Shown here piece after piece: positions 44,739 to 55,366 of a stretch of 64,000 nt of DNA. Numbering within the stretch: the stretch's first letter is position 1; every line of letters starts with the position of its first letter. The notes under the pieces are model-generated. The model was not told where the DNA came from. It made no database searches and saw nothing but the letters and a program-made list of their open reading frames with translations. A program made the translations under genes and the position numbers. The DNA is from a virus (lineage: Duplodnaviria > Caudoviricetes): IMG/VR virus record IMGVR_UViG_3300028888_000049. The stretch is one strand, 5' to 3'.

Positions 44739-45389
44739 ATGAAAGATTTTCCAAGTGAATATACTTATATAGATGAACATGGACAAGTTTGGTATAAAAC
44801 TTATCAAATGAAAAAAGTAGAAGTTGACGATTTAAATCCATATATTTTAAGTGGATTACCAGTTGTTATAAATCCAGAAACTACCGTTGAAACTTTATTT
44901 GATACTATTAATAAATATGATCTATTAAAAGTAAATTGTATTGCTTTTGATTCTTTTTATAAAGAGTTAAAGTCTAAAACTAAGGAACCTGATGAAGGAT
45001 ATTTAGTTTTTTCATGGGATGGTATTAGTTTAGACAATAGCTTTCAAAATACATTATATCCAATGAATTCTGTTTGTATGGAAAAAGATAATAAGACGTA
45101 TGCTATTGATTTAGTAAATACATCAGAATTAAGAAATTTAAAAATTAAGATTAATTTAGATTTTAATATCTATGATGATCATGGTAATATACATAAAACA
45201 GCAAGCGTTAGACCTACACTTTATCAAGTAATTTATGGTCTTTTTTGGGAATTAAGCTTTCATGGCACTCCAGAAAATAGAGATAATATTAAAGAAGATC
45301 TTAAAAAGACTATTGAAGAACTAAAACAAGAAGATTTAGCAACATATACTTCAGCAGATGATTTATTTAATGATTTAAATAAAAAATAA
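44739..45389 (+). CDS. hypothetical protein
   Basis: GAGG RBS; class 1 promoter at 44659. Confidence 0.8.
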   Translation: MKDFPSEYTYIDEHGQVWYKTYQMKKVEVDDLNPYILSGLPVVINPETTVETLFDTINKYDLLKVNCIAFDSFYKELKSKTKEPDEGYLVFSWDGISLDNSFQNTLYPMNSVCMEKDNKTYAIDLVNTSELRNLKIKINLDFNIYDDHGNIHKTASVRPTLYQVIYGLFWELSFHGTPENRDNIKEDLKKTIEELKQEDLATYTSADDLFNDLNKK

Positions 45390-45451
45390 ATTATTCGCTT
45401 TACTTCTTAGGTAGTATGGTTCTATTATAATATTATCTAAGGAGGTTAATA

Positions 45452-45892
45452 ATGAAAATTTATGTATCGCGTTCGAAACACTTTATGGGTTATACTTTAA
45501 TAGGTGATCATAATAAAGAATATAATACAAAAGTTGTTAAGTTAACGGATAATAATTATGAAGAATGCATACAAATGGCTTTGTTTTATAAATTAATTAA
45601 CAAACCTATTTTCACAAAAATCTCTCCTTCTATATACATGCATTCTGGTATTAATAAATTTTCAAATGAATTAACTTCCTTAGATTATTATAATATAAAA
45701 GATTTAGCTACTAAAAATAAATTCTTCCAAAAATATTCGAAAATAACAGGGCAAGTATTGCAATTTATCCCTTTAAAAGAATATACAGATAAAGATAATG
45801 AAATTTTAGCTAATCTTTATTCTCAACTTAATATTTGTGAAAGAAATTTCGCAATTCTAAATAATAAACTATATCAATCACAAAGCTTATAA
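45452..45892 (+). CDS. hypothetical protein
   Basis: AAGGAGG RBS. Confidence 0.8.
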   Translation: MKIYVSRSKHFMGYTLIGDHNKEYNTKVVKLTDNNYEECIQMALFYKLINKPIFTKISPSIYMHSGINKFSNELTSLDYYNIKDLATKNKFFQKYSKITGQVLQFIPLKEYTDKDNEILANLYSQLNICERNFAILNNKLYQSQSL

Positions 45893-45902
45893 AGGGATAA
45901 AA

Positions 45903-46268
45903 ATGGCTAATATACTCATTTTAGAAGATACGGAAAGTTATGCTAAATTACTATCTTTCATTGCTAAAAAATTAGGACATAATGTAGCAAATTTTACAAA
46001 ACCTAGTGATGCAATTAAGCAAAATATGGTTAAGCATGCTGATTTAATTATATCTGATTTTGAAATGGATGATGGCGAAACTGCCTTAGATTTATTAGAA
46101 TATTTAAAAAATAATAATATTTTAAAACCAGTTATTATTAATTCTGGAACAGCAAATGTAAATAAAATTATAGAAGATGCTGGTTATGATAATTTTGTTA
46201 ATTTTTATGCTGATAAATTAGGTAATGTAGAGTATTTTAAAGAATTAATCACTAATGTATTAGCATAA
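45903..46268 (+). CDS. stand-alone response-regulator receiver (CheY-like) protein
   Basis: ILILED, DLIISDFEM (phospho-acceptor Asp), VIINSG, YADK. Confidence 0.9.
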   Translation: MANILILEDTESYAKLLSFIAKKLGHNVANFTKPSDAIKQNMVKHADLIISDFEMDDGETALDLLEYLKNNNILKPVIINSGTANVNKIIEDAGYDNFVNFYADKLGNVEYFKELITNVLA

Positions 46269-46346
46269 AATTTTGTTTTACTTTTTAAAAAATCTATGAT
46301 ATACAATCTTATAAAAGGTTGTATATTTTTTATTGGAGTGACTAAA

Positions 46347-46484
46347 ATGTCTGAATCTGAAAAATTAGAGAGTTATAGAAAAACACTTGAACAAATTAAA
46401 AATATGATAGAAAGCGAAAGATCAGATAAGGATGCGTTATTATCTGAAATAGTACTCATTATAGAACAAGAATTAAAAATTTAA
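46347..46484 (+). CDS. small helical protein
   Basis: GGAG RBS before MSESEKL. Confidence 0.7.
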   Translation: MSESEKLESYRKTLEQIKNMIESERSDKDALLSEIVLIIEQELKI

Positions 46485-46485
46485 A

Positions 46486-46525
46486 TTTTTGGTTTTACAT
46501 TTAACATTTTTTATATTATATAATA
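46486..46525 (+). promoter_or_regulatory. class 1 promoter
   Basis: TTTTTGGTTTTACATTTAACATTT, near-identical to the copies at 34128 and 39290. Confidence 0.75.
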
Positions 46526-46554
46526 ATTATCAATTATAAATGAAAGGATAAAAA

Positions 46555-47217
46555 ATGTCAATAAGTACAACACGTATTAGAGTCGATGATTTAACATTTA
46601 ATTCTATTAAAGAGGCTACAGAATACTTAAATTTTAAGCCTTATGAAATTACAAACGCTTTACATAAAGGTGATAAAGTCGTTTACAAAAATCATTTTAT
46701 ACAAAGATTAGATCCAATTCTTAGAAAGAATAAGAAAGCTCCATGTAAATCTTTAAAAGAAGGTACATTACATCTTACTACCAATAATACAAATATTAGT
46801 AAAGCAGAACATAAGCGTGTACCTGTATTATGTGTAACAACAAATAAGGTTTATAATAGTATTTCAGAATTAGCTAAAGAGTTAAAAATGCATCAATGGA
46901 CATTAAGTGTTAAGTTAGAATCCGCTGGAAAATTCATTGATAAAGATGGTAATGTTTATGTTCGTCAAATTCCAATGAAGAGACGCTCTTCTAATCCATT
47001 ACAGCAGTCTCCTGCAACTCTAGATTTAGAAAGATCAAAAGCCTTAAGTGGAATTCAACATACTGTTTCAGAAGAAATAAATACGAATGAAGCTATTAAG
47101 ACTGTTTCTGGTTTAAAAATGCTAGAACAAGCTGGAATTACTTTAGCTTATGACAAGCAATTTGCTAATTCTGCCAAAGTCTTTGGTTTATTGGCTGAAA
47201 TTTATAGAAGCGAATAA
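46555..47217 (+). CDS. DNA-binding protein with two NUMOD1-like HTH repeats
   Basis: TFNSIKEATEYL and VLCVTTNKVYNSISELAKEL. Confidence 0.7.
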   Translation: MSISTTRIRVDDLTFNSIKEATEYLNFKPYEITNALHKGDKVVYKNHFIQRLDPILRKNKKAPCKSLKEGTLHLTTNNTNISKAEHKRVPVLCVTTNKVYNSISELAKELKMHQWTLSVKLESAGKFIDKDGNVYVRQIPMKRRSSNPLQQSPATLDLERSKALSGIQHTVSEEINTNEAIKTVSGLKMLEQAGITLAYDKQFANSAKVFGLLAEIYRSE

Positions 47218-47238
47218 GTTTTTTATTTTGTTTGGAAT

Positions 47239-47272
47239 AAAGACCTATTTCTTAAAGATTTAGGTCTTTTTT
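47239..47272 (+). terminator. intrinsic terminator
   Basis: AAAGACCTA...TAGGTCTTT plus T tract. Confidence 0.8.
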
Positions 47273-47336
47273 GTTGTACAAGTTCTTAAAAACATGATAT
47301 AATATATTATATTTCGAAAAATATAGGAGAAGTGTC

Positions 47337-47504
47337 ATGTTTACAAATAAATACATAGTTCATCCTCAAAACGATTTAAAATCACAATTTGCTGAAGAAT
47401 TTGATTCGAAACAAGAAGCAGAAAAGCGTTGTGATGAATTGAATACTAAACTCACAAAAATTGTTTGGGTTATTTCCACGATCTTAGTAAATACAGGGTG
47501 GTAA
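47337..47504 (+). CDS. 55-aa protein (not in ORF track)
   Basis: AGGAG RBS; MFTNKYIVHP...FDSKQEAE...GW*. Confidence 0.7.
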   Translation: MFTNKYIVHPQNDLKSQFAEEFDSKQEAEKRCDELNTKLTKIVWVISTILVNTGW

Positions 47505-47574
47505 TAAATTTTTCGCTTTACAAATTCCTTTGTTAGGTATATATATAATATATATCTTAATGAAGGAATTTTTT

Positions 47575-48246
47575 ATGTCAAATAGATTCGAATTAACTAA
47601 AGATTTATATATAATTACAGGTCTTTCTGGTACTAGACTTGAGCCGTGTATTGGTCATACATATGAATACCGTATGTTTTCTTGTGTTAGATCTATCAAA
47701 ACACGTAAAAATATAAAAGCTCATTTAGTATTAGATAGTACTTGGACTAATGATAGTGGTGCTAGATTAAATCTTAAACATGACGCCGATCTCAATCGTA
47801 TTTTCTTTATGAATAAACTTTATAAGCAAGATGAGGATTTTAACATTGATAATTACTTAGCATATAATGATTATATATATTTTTATTATATACCATGTCA
47901 AGGAGGCAATGGTTTTTATCAAGATATTGAAGTACTAAATAATGAAAAAGCTGTTGATAAGTTTATTAAAGCATTGGATGATAAATATACTTGTCCAAAA
48001 GGAAATTTTTATAAGTACAGAATCGTAGAATGCGATTATGAAAATACAGATAGATTACAATATCTAGAAAAGCAACAACAAGAATTAAATAATTTAAAGA
48101 ATATATGTATGAGTAATTCATTTATAAAAGATGTTACGAGTAATGCAATTACTTTAGATGAAAGTAAAATTAGAAAAATTATTGATAAATATTTAGCTCG
48201 TAATAATGTTAAATTTAAGCGTAAATACTATATTTATCTTCTATAG
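47575..48246 (+). CDS. hypothetical protein
   Basis: AAGGA RBS before MSNRF; class 1 promoter at 47517. Confidence 0.8.
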   Translation: MSNRFELTKDLYIITGLSGTRLEPCIGHTYEYRMFSCVRSIKTRKNIKAHLVLDSTWTNDSGARLNLKHDADLNRIFFMNKLYKQDEDFNIDNYLAYNDYIYFYYIPCQGGNGFYQDIEVLNNEKAVDKFIKALDDKYTCPKGNFYKYRIVECDYENTDRLQYLEKQQQELNNLKNICMSNSFIKDVTSNAITLDESKIRKIIDKYLARNNVKFKRKYYIYLL

Positions 48247-48259
48247 GATATAAAATAAT

Positions 48260-48538
48260 ATGATGACAAAACAATATGTAAAGAAACAGTTAAAAGTTGA
48301 GTTGAATGATGAAGGTGCAGCTCCTTGTAAGCATTGTCTTAAATCTAAAAAGAAATTCGTTTATCCGAAAATAGTAAATGTTGATGAATTATATTATGCT
48401 CAGTGTCCAGAATGTAAATATTATGACATTTATGAGTTTTTAGGATTGTCACGTAAAAAAGCTATAAAGATTTGGAATAATACTATGTTATTTACAGGAT
48501 CTGGAAATAATAAAGAGGATTATGATGACTACTGCTGA
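48260..48538 (+). CDS. Lar-like zinc-finger protein
   Basis: PCKHC...QCPEC...KKAIKIWN. Confidence 0.6.
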   Translation: MMTKQYVKKQLKVELNDEGAAPCKHCLKSKKKFVYPKIVNVDELYYAQCPECKYYDIYEFLGLSRKKAIKIWNNTMLFTGSGNNKEDYDDYC

Positions 48539-48980
48539 TAGAGAAATACAATGGCTTAAATATTTTATGAATTTGGCAAAAAATGTATCTGAAATGTCAA
48601 AAGATCCAAGTCATAAAATAGGAGCAGTTATCGTTGATCAAAATAAAAGAATTGTAAGTACAGGGTTTAATGGATTTGCTAGAAATATAGTAGATTCAGA
48701 AGAACGTCTTAATAATAAAGAAATTAAGAGAAAACTTACTTTACATGCAGAAGAAAATGCTGTTTCTTTTGCTAAAAGAGATTTAACTGGTTGTGATATT
48801 TTTGTATATGGATATCCACCGTGTACACATTGTACTAGTTTATTAATTCAATCTGGTATTCAATGTATTTATTATTATAATCCAACAAATAAAGTATCTG
48901 ATCATTGGAAAGATGATTTTGAATTAGCAGAAACTATTGCCAATGAAGCAGATATTCCGTATTTAGAATTAGACATTTAG
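48522..48980 (+). CDS. dCMP deaminase
   Basis: SKDPSHKIGAVIV, STGFNG, HAEENA, PCTHC. Confidence 0.95.
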   Translation: MMTTADREIQWLKYFMNLAKNVSEMSKDPSHKIGAVIVDQNKRIVSTGFNGFARNIVDSEERLNNKEIKRKLTLHAEENAVSFAKRDLTGCDIFVYGYPPCTHCTSLLIQSGIQCIYYYNPTNKVSDHWKDDFELAETIANEADIPYLELDI

Positions 48981-48989
48981 GAGGAATTT

Positions 48990-49742
48990 ATGCATTTAAG
49001 TAAAAGTTTACCGAATTATATACGTGATAAGTATATAAAATACGGTAAAATGAGTATTAATGACATTATAAACAATGTTCATAATATGACGTTTAATGAA
49101 AAAGTAAATTACATTAGACATAATTATACATATTATAATACTAATGAAGATCTTTTTTATGAAGCTGATAATAAAACACTAAATAATAGAGGTATTTGGT
49201 TAAATAAGTTAATTGCAGCAGTTATATATAAGAAATATACACCAGATGTATTAAAAGATTTTAACGAATTAATTTTAAAATGGAGAAAAGCTAAAGATAC
49301 TGATCATGTTTATTTAACAACTTTAGAAATTGCGAATAAAGAAATATCTAATAATAAATATGATCTTTGGTTTGAAAATAATTTTAATACATTTAGTATT
49401 CCAAATGATCTTACGTGTAAAACGTTTATTGATAAAATAGATCAATTAGCTTTAATAAAATCATATGTACAAGATTCATTAGATATGATTGAGCTTCAAG
49501 AGTTTTTAAATTCGAGCTATGTAGAACTTTTAAAAAAGGCTAAGGAGTGGTTAAATTCACGTAAACCTGATCTATCAAATTTAGAAAAAAATAAAGAAAA
49601 AGTTAAAAAATTAGCTATAGCTTGTTTAGTAAAGAAAACTCAACGAAAAGAAGAATTAAAACAGCAAAAACTTGAAGAAGCATATATATTAGATAAAATG
49701 AAAAGTTATGATAGCTATAAAAGAAAACAACAAGCAGTTTAA
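48990..49742 (+). CDS. hypothetical protein
   Basis: AGGAGG RBS; VNYIRHNYTYY motif. Confidence 0.8.
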   Translation: MHLSKSLPNYIRDKYIKYGKMSINDIINNVHNMTFNEKVNYIRHNYTYYNTNEDLFYEADNKTLNNRGIWLNKLIAAVIYKKYTPDVLKDFNELILKWRKAKDTDHVYLTTLEIANKEISNNKYDLWFENNFNTFSIPNDLTCKTFIDKIDQLALIKSYVQDSLDMIELQEFLNSSYVELLKKAKEWLNSRKPDLSNLEKNKEKVKKLAIACLVKKTQRKEELKQQKLEEAYILDKMKSYDSYKRKQQAV

Positions 49743-49757
49743 TATAAGGTAAATACT

Positions 49758-51716
49758 ATGATGAATGAACAAATTAAAAATATTTTAGAAAAATGTAATG
49801 AAGCATATTCTAAAGGTGAAGTATATTTTCTTAAAGATGATGAGTATCCAGTTGTAGAACAAGAATTTAATATAGTTATTCCACATTTAGATGTAGATGA
49901 TCACTTATATGATATTATTTATTTTTGTGCTAAAGAAAAATGGCCAGATGATGAATTTTTCAATAAATTAACTTCTGAGAATACTGGTTATGGTATAGAT
50001 ATAACACATGAAATTCCAATGGGTAGTATGGAAGAACTTAAAGAAGGTGATTTGGAAAAATGGATTGGAAATCACAAAGATTTTGTAATTTCTGATAAAT
50101 TAGATGGTTGTTCTATTATTTTAACTTATATAAATGGACAATTGATTAAGGCTGCGACTCGTGGACATGGTATAACAGGAAAAGATGTTATGCGTCATAT
50201 TAAACAAGTTCCAAGTATACCTAAATATATAGACTATAAAGATAAATTAATTGTTCGAGGTGAACTTCTTTTCAAAAAGAATATGATTCAATCTATACTT
50301 GATGATATCGAATTAAAAACAGGTAAAAAACAAAAGAATGGTCGTAATACTATTGCAGGTGCATTAAATAGAAAAGATACAGATATTAATATTTTTAATA
50401 ATTGTAAATTTGTAGCTTACTGGACGTCTGAAAATTTAGGAACATTAAGAGCCTTTAAGCAATTAGAAGATTTTGGTTTTTTAGTGCCTTACTATCAAGA
50501 ATGTTCTAATGAAATATTAACAGATGAAAATTGTTTAGAAATAGTAAAAACTCGTTTAAAATTTTCTAATTATGAATTAGATGGTATAATAATTACTCAA
50601 AATGATTATACTGATACTGGATTTGTTGGTAATACAATCAATCCAAAATGTTCACGTAAATTTAAAATGGGTATTTATGATAATATTGCTGAATCTAAAG
50701 TTGTAAATATTGATTGGAAAATTAGTAGATGGAATGTATTTACACCAGTATTAGAGATTGAACCAACTGAAATATGTGGTTGTACAGTTACTAATATTAC
50801 AGCTCATAATTATGAAAATGTTTTGAATGTAAAATGTGGTATTGGTTCTAAAATTAAATTTAGTAGAGCTGGATTAGTTATTCCTAAACTAGAAGAAGTA
50901 TTAGAACCTTCTGAAGAATATAACTTACCTAATTGTAAAACCAAAAAGGTGGGTGTAGATTTAGTATTTGATGAAGAAGATCCGTATTCAGATGAGAATT
51001 TATTTACATATGCTAGAGAACGAGACATTCAAGCACTTGATAATTTTGGTAAAAAACTAAAAATAGATCAATGGGGTTACGGTAATTGTGCTAAATTATA
51101 TGATCACTTCTTCTTTACTGATAGTATTATTTTAGCTCCTGTAGATGTATTTAATATTCCTGATTCATTATTTACATACTTAATAGGTAAGAATGGTGAA
51201 AAGATAGTTAGTAGTCTTAATACTATTAAACAAAATATTTCTGAAATAGTATTTGCATCTGCTTGTGGTTTATTTGGACAAGGTATAGGTGAATCAATTT
51301 TAAAATTAGTATATGATAAATATAACACTTTGGAAGTATCAAAAGAACATCTAGAAGCTTTAGAGGGTTTTGGAGATACTCGTATAGAACAATACTTAGA
51401 ATGCTTACCAGAATATGTTAGAGCAAAAGAATATGTAAATGGATTAGGTATAACTTTTGATAATAATATTGTACAAAAAACATCTAATAATTTAGAAGGT
51501 ATTGTAGTATGTTTTACTGGTATTAGAGATAAAGACTTTTCTAAATTTATAAATGATAATGGAGGAGTAGCTAGTGATAATTGGAAATCTTCAACAACTC
51601 ACTTGATTGTAAAAGATAAGAATACAACAACTTCTAAAATGCAAAAAGCTCTTGATAAAGGTTGTAAAATATTAACATTAGAAGAAGCATATAAGGAATT
51701 TAATTATGAACGATGA
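49758..51716 (+). CDS. ligA: NAD-dependent DNA ligase
   Basis: KLDG adenylation motif, ATRGHG, VRGE, ELDGII, OB-fold, C-terminal BRCT (VCFTG...KMQKA). Confidence 0.95.
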   Translation: MMNEQIKNILEKCNEAYSKGEVYFLKDDEYPVVEQEFNIVIPHLDVDDHLYDIIYFCAKEKWPDDEFFNKLTSENTGYGIDITHEIPMGSMEELKEGDLEKWIGNHKDFVISDKLDGCSIILTYINGQLIKAATRGHGITGKDVMRHIKQVPSIPKYIDYKDKLIVRGELLFKKNMIQSILDDIELKTGKKQKNGRNTIAGALNRKDTDINIFNNCKFVAYWTSENLGTLRAFKQLEDFGFLVPYYQECSNEILTDENCLEIVKTRLKFSNYELDGIIITQNDYTDTGFVGNTINPKCSRKFKMGIYDNIAESKVVNIDWKISRWNVFTPVLEIEPTEICGCTVTNITAHNYENVLNVKCGIGSKIKFSRAGLVIPKLEEVLEPSEEYNLPNCKTKKVGVDLVFDEEDPYSDENLFTYARERDIQALDNFGKKLKIDQWGYGNCAKLYDHFFFTDSIILAPVDVFNIPDSLFTYLIGKNGEKIVSSLNTIKQNISEIVFASACGLFGQGIGESILKLVYDKYNTLEVSKEHLEALEGFGDTRIEQYLECLPEYVRAKEYVNGLGITFDNNIVQKTSNNLEGIVVCFTGIRDKDFSKFINDNGGVASDNWKSSTTHLIVKDKNTTTSKMQKALDKGCKILTLEEAYKEFNYER

Positions 51717-52050
51717 TTTGAAAACATATGTTGTACGTAATGATGGAACAAGTGATCCAGAAATTATAAATGATAATTATAAAAAATATACAGTTAGGGA
51801 CTTTATACCAGACTATTCAGAAATTGCAACAGTAGATTGGGTAAAAGGAATTGTTGAACAAAATGAAACTATTGAAGATTTATATAAGAAAATATATGAT
51901 AAATTAGTAGAAATAAATCCTGAAGAAGCAGAAAAATATGAGACTTATTTAAAAATTTATAACGGTGATTATAGAACTACCGTCTTGTTAATTGAAACTA
52001 ATACATTAGAGGTTAAATCTTCAGATGTATTAAAACTTTTAAAAAAATAA
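51706..52050 (+). CDS. hypothetical protein
   Basis: AAGGA RBS. Confidence 0.75.
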   Translation: MNDDLKTYVVRNDGTSDPEIINDNYKKYTVRDFIPDYSEIATVDWVKGIVEQNETIEDLYKKIYDKLVEINPEEAEKYETYLKIYNGDYRTTVLLIETNTLEVKSSDVLKLLKK

Positions 52051-52120
52051 ATTTTCGATTTTATTTTAATTAATATCTATCATAATATAGTTCTATAAAA
52101 TAATAAAAGGAGATTTTTTC

Positions 52121-52522
52121 ATGAAATTATTTAATTTATTCAAAAAGAAAAGCAAAGATATAATATCTTATGACTTAAATACTATATTATCTAATAAAAA
52201 AGTATTTGGTTGGGGTGATGTATATGAAGCTATTGGTATGATGAATGAAGTAAATGCTATTAATGAAAAAGAAACAGGAAAATACCATTATAAAAATATT
52301 CGCGCTAATGAAAATACTATTAGAAAGATTGAAGATCTTACTTTAGATAATTTAATCAATACAAAAAATAAATTTTCTAAAATGTATAAACCAGAATATT
52401 TAAAGCGTAAGCACGCTATGGATTCTCTTTGTTGGGCTCCGTTTAGTGATAAAACAATTAAAGATGATGTTATTATCATGCTTTTACCTAAACATAAAGA
52501 TTTTACAAAAGGATTTGAATAA
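52121..52522 (+). CDS. hypothetical protein
   Basis: AAGGAG RBS; class 2 motif at 52089. Confidence 0.8.
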   Translation: MKLFNLFKKKSKDIISYDLNTILSNKKVFGWGDVYEAIGMMNEVNAINEKETGKYHYKNIRANENTIRKIEDLTLDNLINTKNKFSKMYKPEYLKRKHAMDSLCWAPFSDKTIKDDVIIMLLPKHKDFTKGFE

Positions 52523-52704
52523 TGACAGAAACTGAAGAAAATAAAGAAAAGAGTTTATCTGATATTTTAGGAATGAGTTTTAAAGAAGATGGTTCTTGGG
52601 AAGCTAAAGATATTGGTGAAACTCCAGTTTATCGTAAATTAAATAGAAAAGAACGTAGAATACAAAAAGCAACATTGAGAAAGATATCTAAAAGGAAAAA
52701 ATAA
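52522..52704 (+). CDS. small protein with basic tail (LNRKERR)
   Basis: TAATG coupling on both sides. Confidence 0.75.
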   Translation: MTETEENKEKSLSDILGMSFKEDGSWEAKDIGETPVYRKLNRKERRIQKATLRKISKRKK

Positions 52705-53153
52705 TGTACGTTAATGTAGATGTTTATGATTATGTAGACGCTGATGTAGAAATAAACGAATCCTTTATTGATAAATTACAAGAAAGATTAGAATACTTTG
52801 TTGTAAAGAATTTTGAAAAAGAAGAAGATCGTGATAAGTATCAAGAACATATAGACGCTATTGTAGAGTTATTACAAAAAGAACAATATAATAATTATTC
52901 ATTACCTGATGTAAGTATTTATATTGATCAAGTAGATGTAGATGATGATAATATTCCTGAAAAAGATAATTATGGTAATGGATATGATGATGCTAAAAAT
53001 GAATTTGAACAATATAAAGATAGACTAAAATCTATAAAATCACCATTGTTGTTAAAAATTGAAAGAAAAGCATATAATTATGGTAAGCAAGAAGAAATCA
53101 CAAGAGAAGATTGTAAAGAATTAAGTAAATTATTCGAAAGCGGATATTTTTAA
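52704..53153 (+). CDS. acidic hypothetical protein
   Basis: Coupled ORF. Confidence 0.8.
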   Translation: MYVNVDVYDYVDADVEINESFIDKLQERLEYFVVKNFEKEEDRDKYQEHIDAIVELLQKEQYNNYSLPDVSIYIDQVDVDDDNIPEKDNYGNGYDDAKNEFEQYKDRLKSIKSPLLLKIERKAYNYGKQEEITREDCKELSKLFESGYF

Positions 53154-54131
53154 ATGGTAAAAATAAGAATAATATCAGATTTGCATTATACAAGAGGCAT
53201 TAATGGTCCGGATTATGATAAAACGTATAAACAATCTGGTTTATGGCATTATTTTGGTAAAAAATTACAAGAAGATGTTGATTATACTTTAATTGCAGGT
53301 GATATATGTGAAGGTATAGAAAAGCATAAAGAGTTTTTTGAAGCTTTCTTTCCTATGAAAAGAGTAGTTTTTGTAGACGGTAATCATGTTTGTTATAAAG
53401 AAGGATTACCGTCACTTTCTGAAATTAAACAACAACTAAAAGATGAATTTCCTATAGATCATATATTTTGGCATTATTTAGAAAATGATTGGTATCAATT
53501 AGACACTAATATATATGTTATTGGTAGTACTTTTTATACTGATTATAATTACTGTGATTTAACTTTAGAAGAAATGAATAAACATAAAAAAGCATGGGAA
53601 GATTGTGTTGCTTTATGGTTAAGAAAACCTGAAGAATTTGTACCTTATGAAAAACTTACTAAAAGTATTATAAGATATGAGACAATGTTTGTTGCTTCTG
53701 ATAGATTAAATGATTTTAGATGGGGTTATGAAACAAAAGGATTACATTTAACACCAGAATATTATCTTAAATTACATAAATTAGCTAAAAAAGAAGTAAA
53801 AAGATGCCATGATGAAATAGTAGCTTTAAATCCTGTTGCTAAAATAATACTTATGACTCATCATTGTTTATCACCAAAAACTATTAGTGAAAAATATAGA
53901 AAAGGTCTTATGAATGCCAGTTATACTTCAGATCTCGAAAAATGGGTTGATAAAGAATTACCTAATGTTAGATTAGTTGTTTCTGGTCATGTACATAATA
54001 GGTGTGATTTTACATTTGGTAAAAGAAAAGTTAGATATATAGTAAATCCTTGTGGCTATATTAATTATCATGAACCGTTCGATGAACCTAAGTTTAATCC
54101 AAATTTAATAATTGATACTAAAAACTTATAA
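53154..54131 (+). CDS. calcineurin-like metallophosphoesterase
   Basis: SDLH, AGD, GNH, THH, GHVH motifs. Confidence 0.92.
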   Translation: MVKIRIISDLHYTRGINGPDYDKTYKQSGLWHYFGKKLQEDVDYTLIAGDICEGIEKHKEFFEAFFPMKRVVFVDGNHVCYKEGLPSLSEIKQQLKDEFPIDHIFWHYLENDWYQLDTNIYVIGSTFYTDYNYCDLTLEEMNKHKKAWEDCVALWLRKPEEFVPYEKLTKSIIRYETMFVASDRLNDFRWGYETKGLHLTPEYYLKLHKLAKKEVKRCHDEIVALNPVAKIILMTHHCLSPKTISEKYRKGLMNASYTSDLEKWVDKELPNVRLVVSGHVHNRCDFTFGKRKVRYIVNPCGYINYHEPFDEPKFNPNLIIDTKNL

Positions 54132-54145
54132 TAAGGAGAATACAT

Positions 54146-54754
54146 ATGGAAGTAGTATATTCAGAACAAGATCAAAATTTGATTTTAGTGCATTTAGACG
54201 AAGAAACAAAAGCGAATTTAGATGAAGTGGTTACAGATTTAAAAGCTTTAACTACTTTTGAAAATGTAACAGATATTATTGATGAAAATATTGTAGAAAA
54301 GTATTTAGAAGATCATAATATCAGTTTAGCTAAAGGTTTTAAAGGTCAAGTTGGTACACCTTATGCTGTAATGCGATATATTACTTTATATAATCAAAGT
54401 ATAGAAATGATTAATAAAGTACAAGAAGATTTAAATACTTTGATTACTATGCCCAATATAAAGTATATTCTTTATAAAGACTTATCAAATAAAGTTACGT
54501 TTTATAAAGTACTCAAGGAAAACAGTGATGAAAAACCACAGAATTTAGATGTACGTTATAGATATGATGATGAAGATGATACAATTATTTATTCATTACC
54601 TGCTACTTCATTTAGCTGGGATATATCAAAATCACAATTAAAAGCATTACTCGAAAATAAAGAACTTCCAGTTGCTGTATCTGCAAGTAAAAATAATAAA
54701 GAAGATGTTTCATTAACATATAATGGTATTAAAATTACTGTTACAAAAGCTTGA
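54146..54754 (+). CDS. hypothetical protein
   Basis: AAGGAG RBS. Confidence 0.8.
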   Translation: MEVVYSEQDQNLILVHLDEETKANLDEVVTDLKALTTFENVTDIIDENIVEKYLEDHNISLAKGFKGQVGTPYAVMRYITLYNQSIEMINKVQEDLNTLITMPNIKYILYKDLSNKVTFYKVLKENSDEKPQNLDVRYRYDDEDDTIIYSLPATSFSWDISKSQLKALLENKELPVAVSASKNNKEDVSLTYNGIKITVTKA

Positions 54755-54899
54755 TATTAAAAAAAATAAACTATTTGGAAATTTAATGTGAATAATTTTT
54801 AATTAATGACTTTACTGTTTTATTATTTGTATTATTATTAAAAATGTAATAAGGTTATCTTATTTTAACTTAATGTTTTTACAAACAAAGGAGTAAGAA

Positions 54900-55298
54900 G
54901 TGGGGACAGTAAAAATCAGAATGAATACTTGGTCACGCTGTGGAAATCGAGAAACGAAATTTAAGCGTAACATAGCTGCTAGAGATGGCTTTATAGATTA
55001 TGATAAGCAATCTAAAAAAGTTATTTTTAAGCCAACAGAATGGAAATGGAAAGCATATGATACATCAATTCCACGCCGTTCAGATAGAGATTATATCGCA
55101 AATAAAAGAGAAAGTTATTCTGGATTATGTTTTTCGTCTAAAAGTGATGCTGAATACTTTATGAAAAAACATAAGACTGAATTAGATGCAATAGCAGCAG
55201 AAAATCCTTTATTTGATAGATGGACAGTTATGAATTGCATATCACGCTTTAAACCAAATCATATAGAATTATACGGTAAAGATATTATTGAAGATTAA
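54900..55298 (+). CDS. hypothetical protein (GTG start)
   Basis: AAGGAG RBS; class 1 promoter at 54811. Confidence 0.8.
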   Translation: MGTVKIRMNTWSRCGNRETKFKRNIAARDGFIDYDKQSKKVIFKPTEWKWKAYDTSIPRRSDRDYIANKRESYSGLCFSSKSDAEYFMKKHKTELDAIAAENPLFDRWTVMNCISRFKPNHIELYGKDIIED

Positions 55299-55366
55299 AA
55301 ATCCATAAATATTATCTACCTATCGAAAACAAAGCATTTACAATTTCAAAGGGAGAAATAGAAAAG

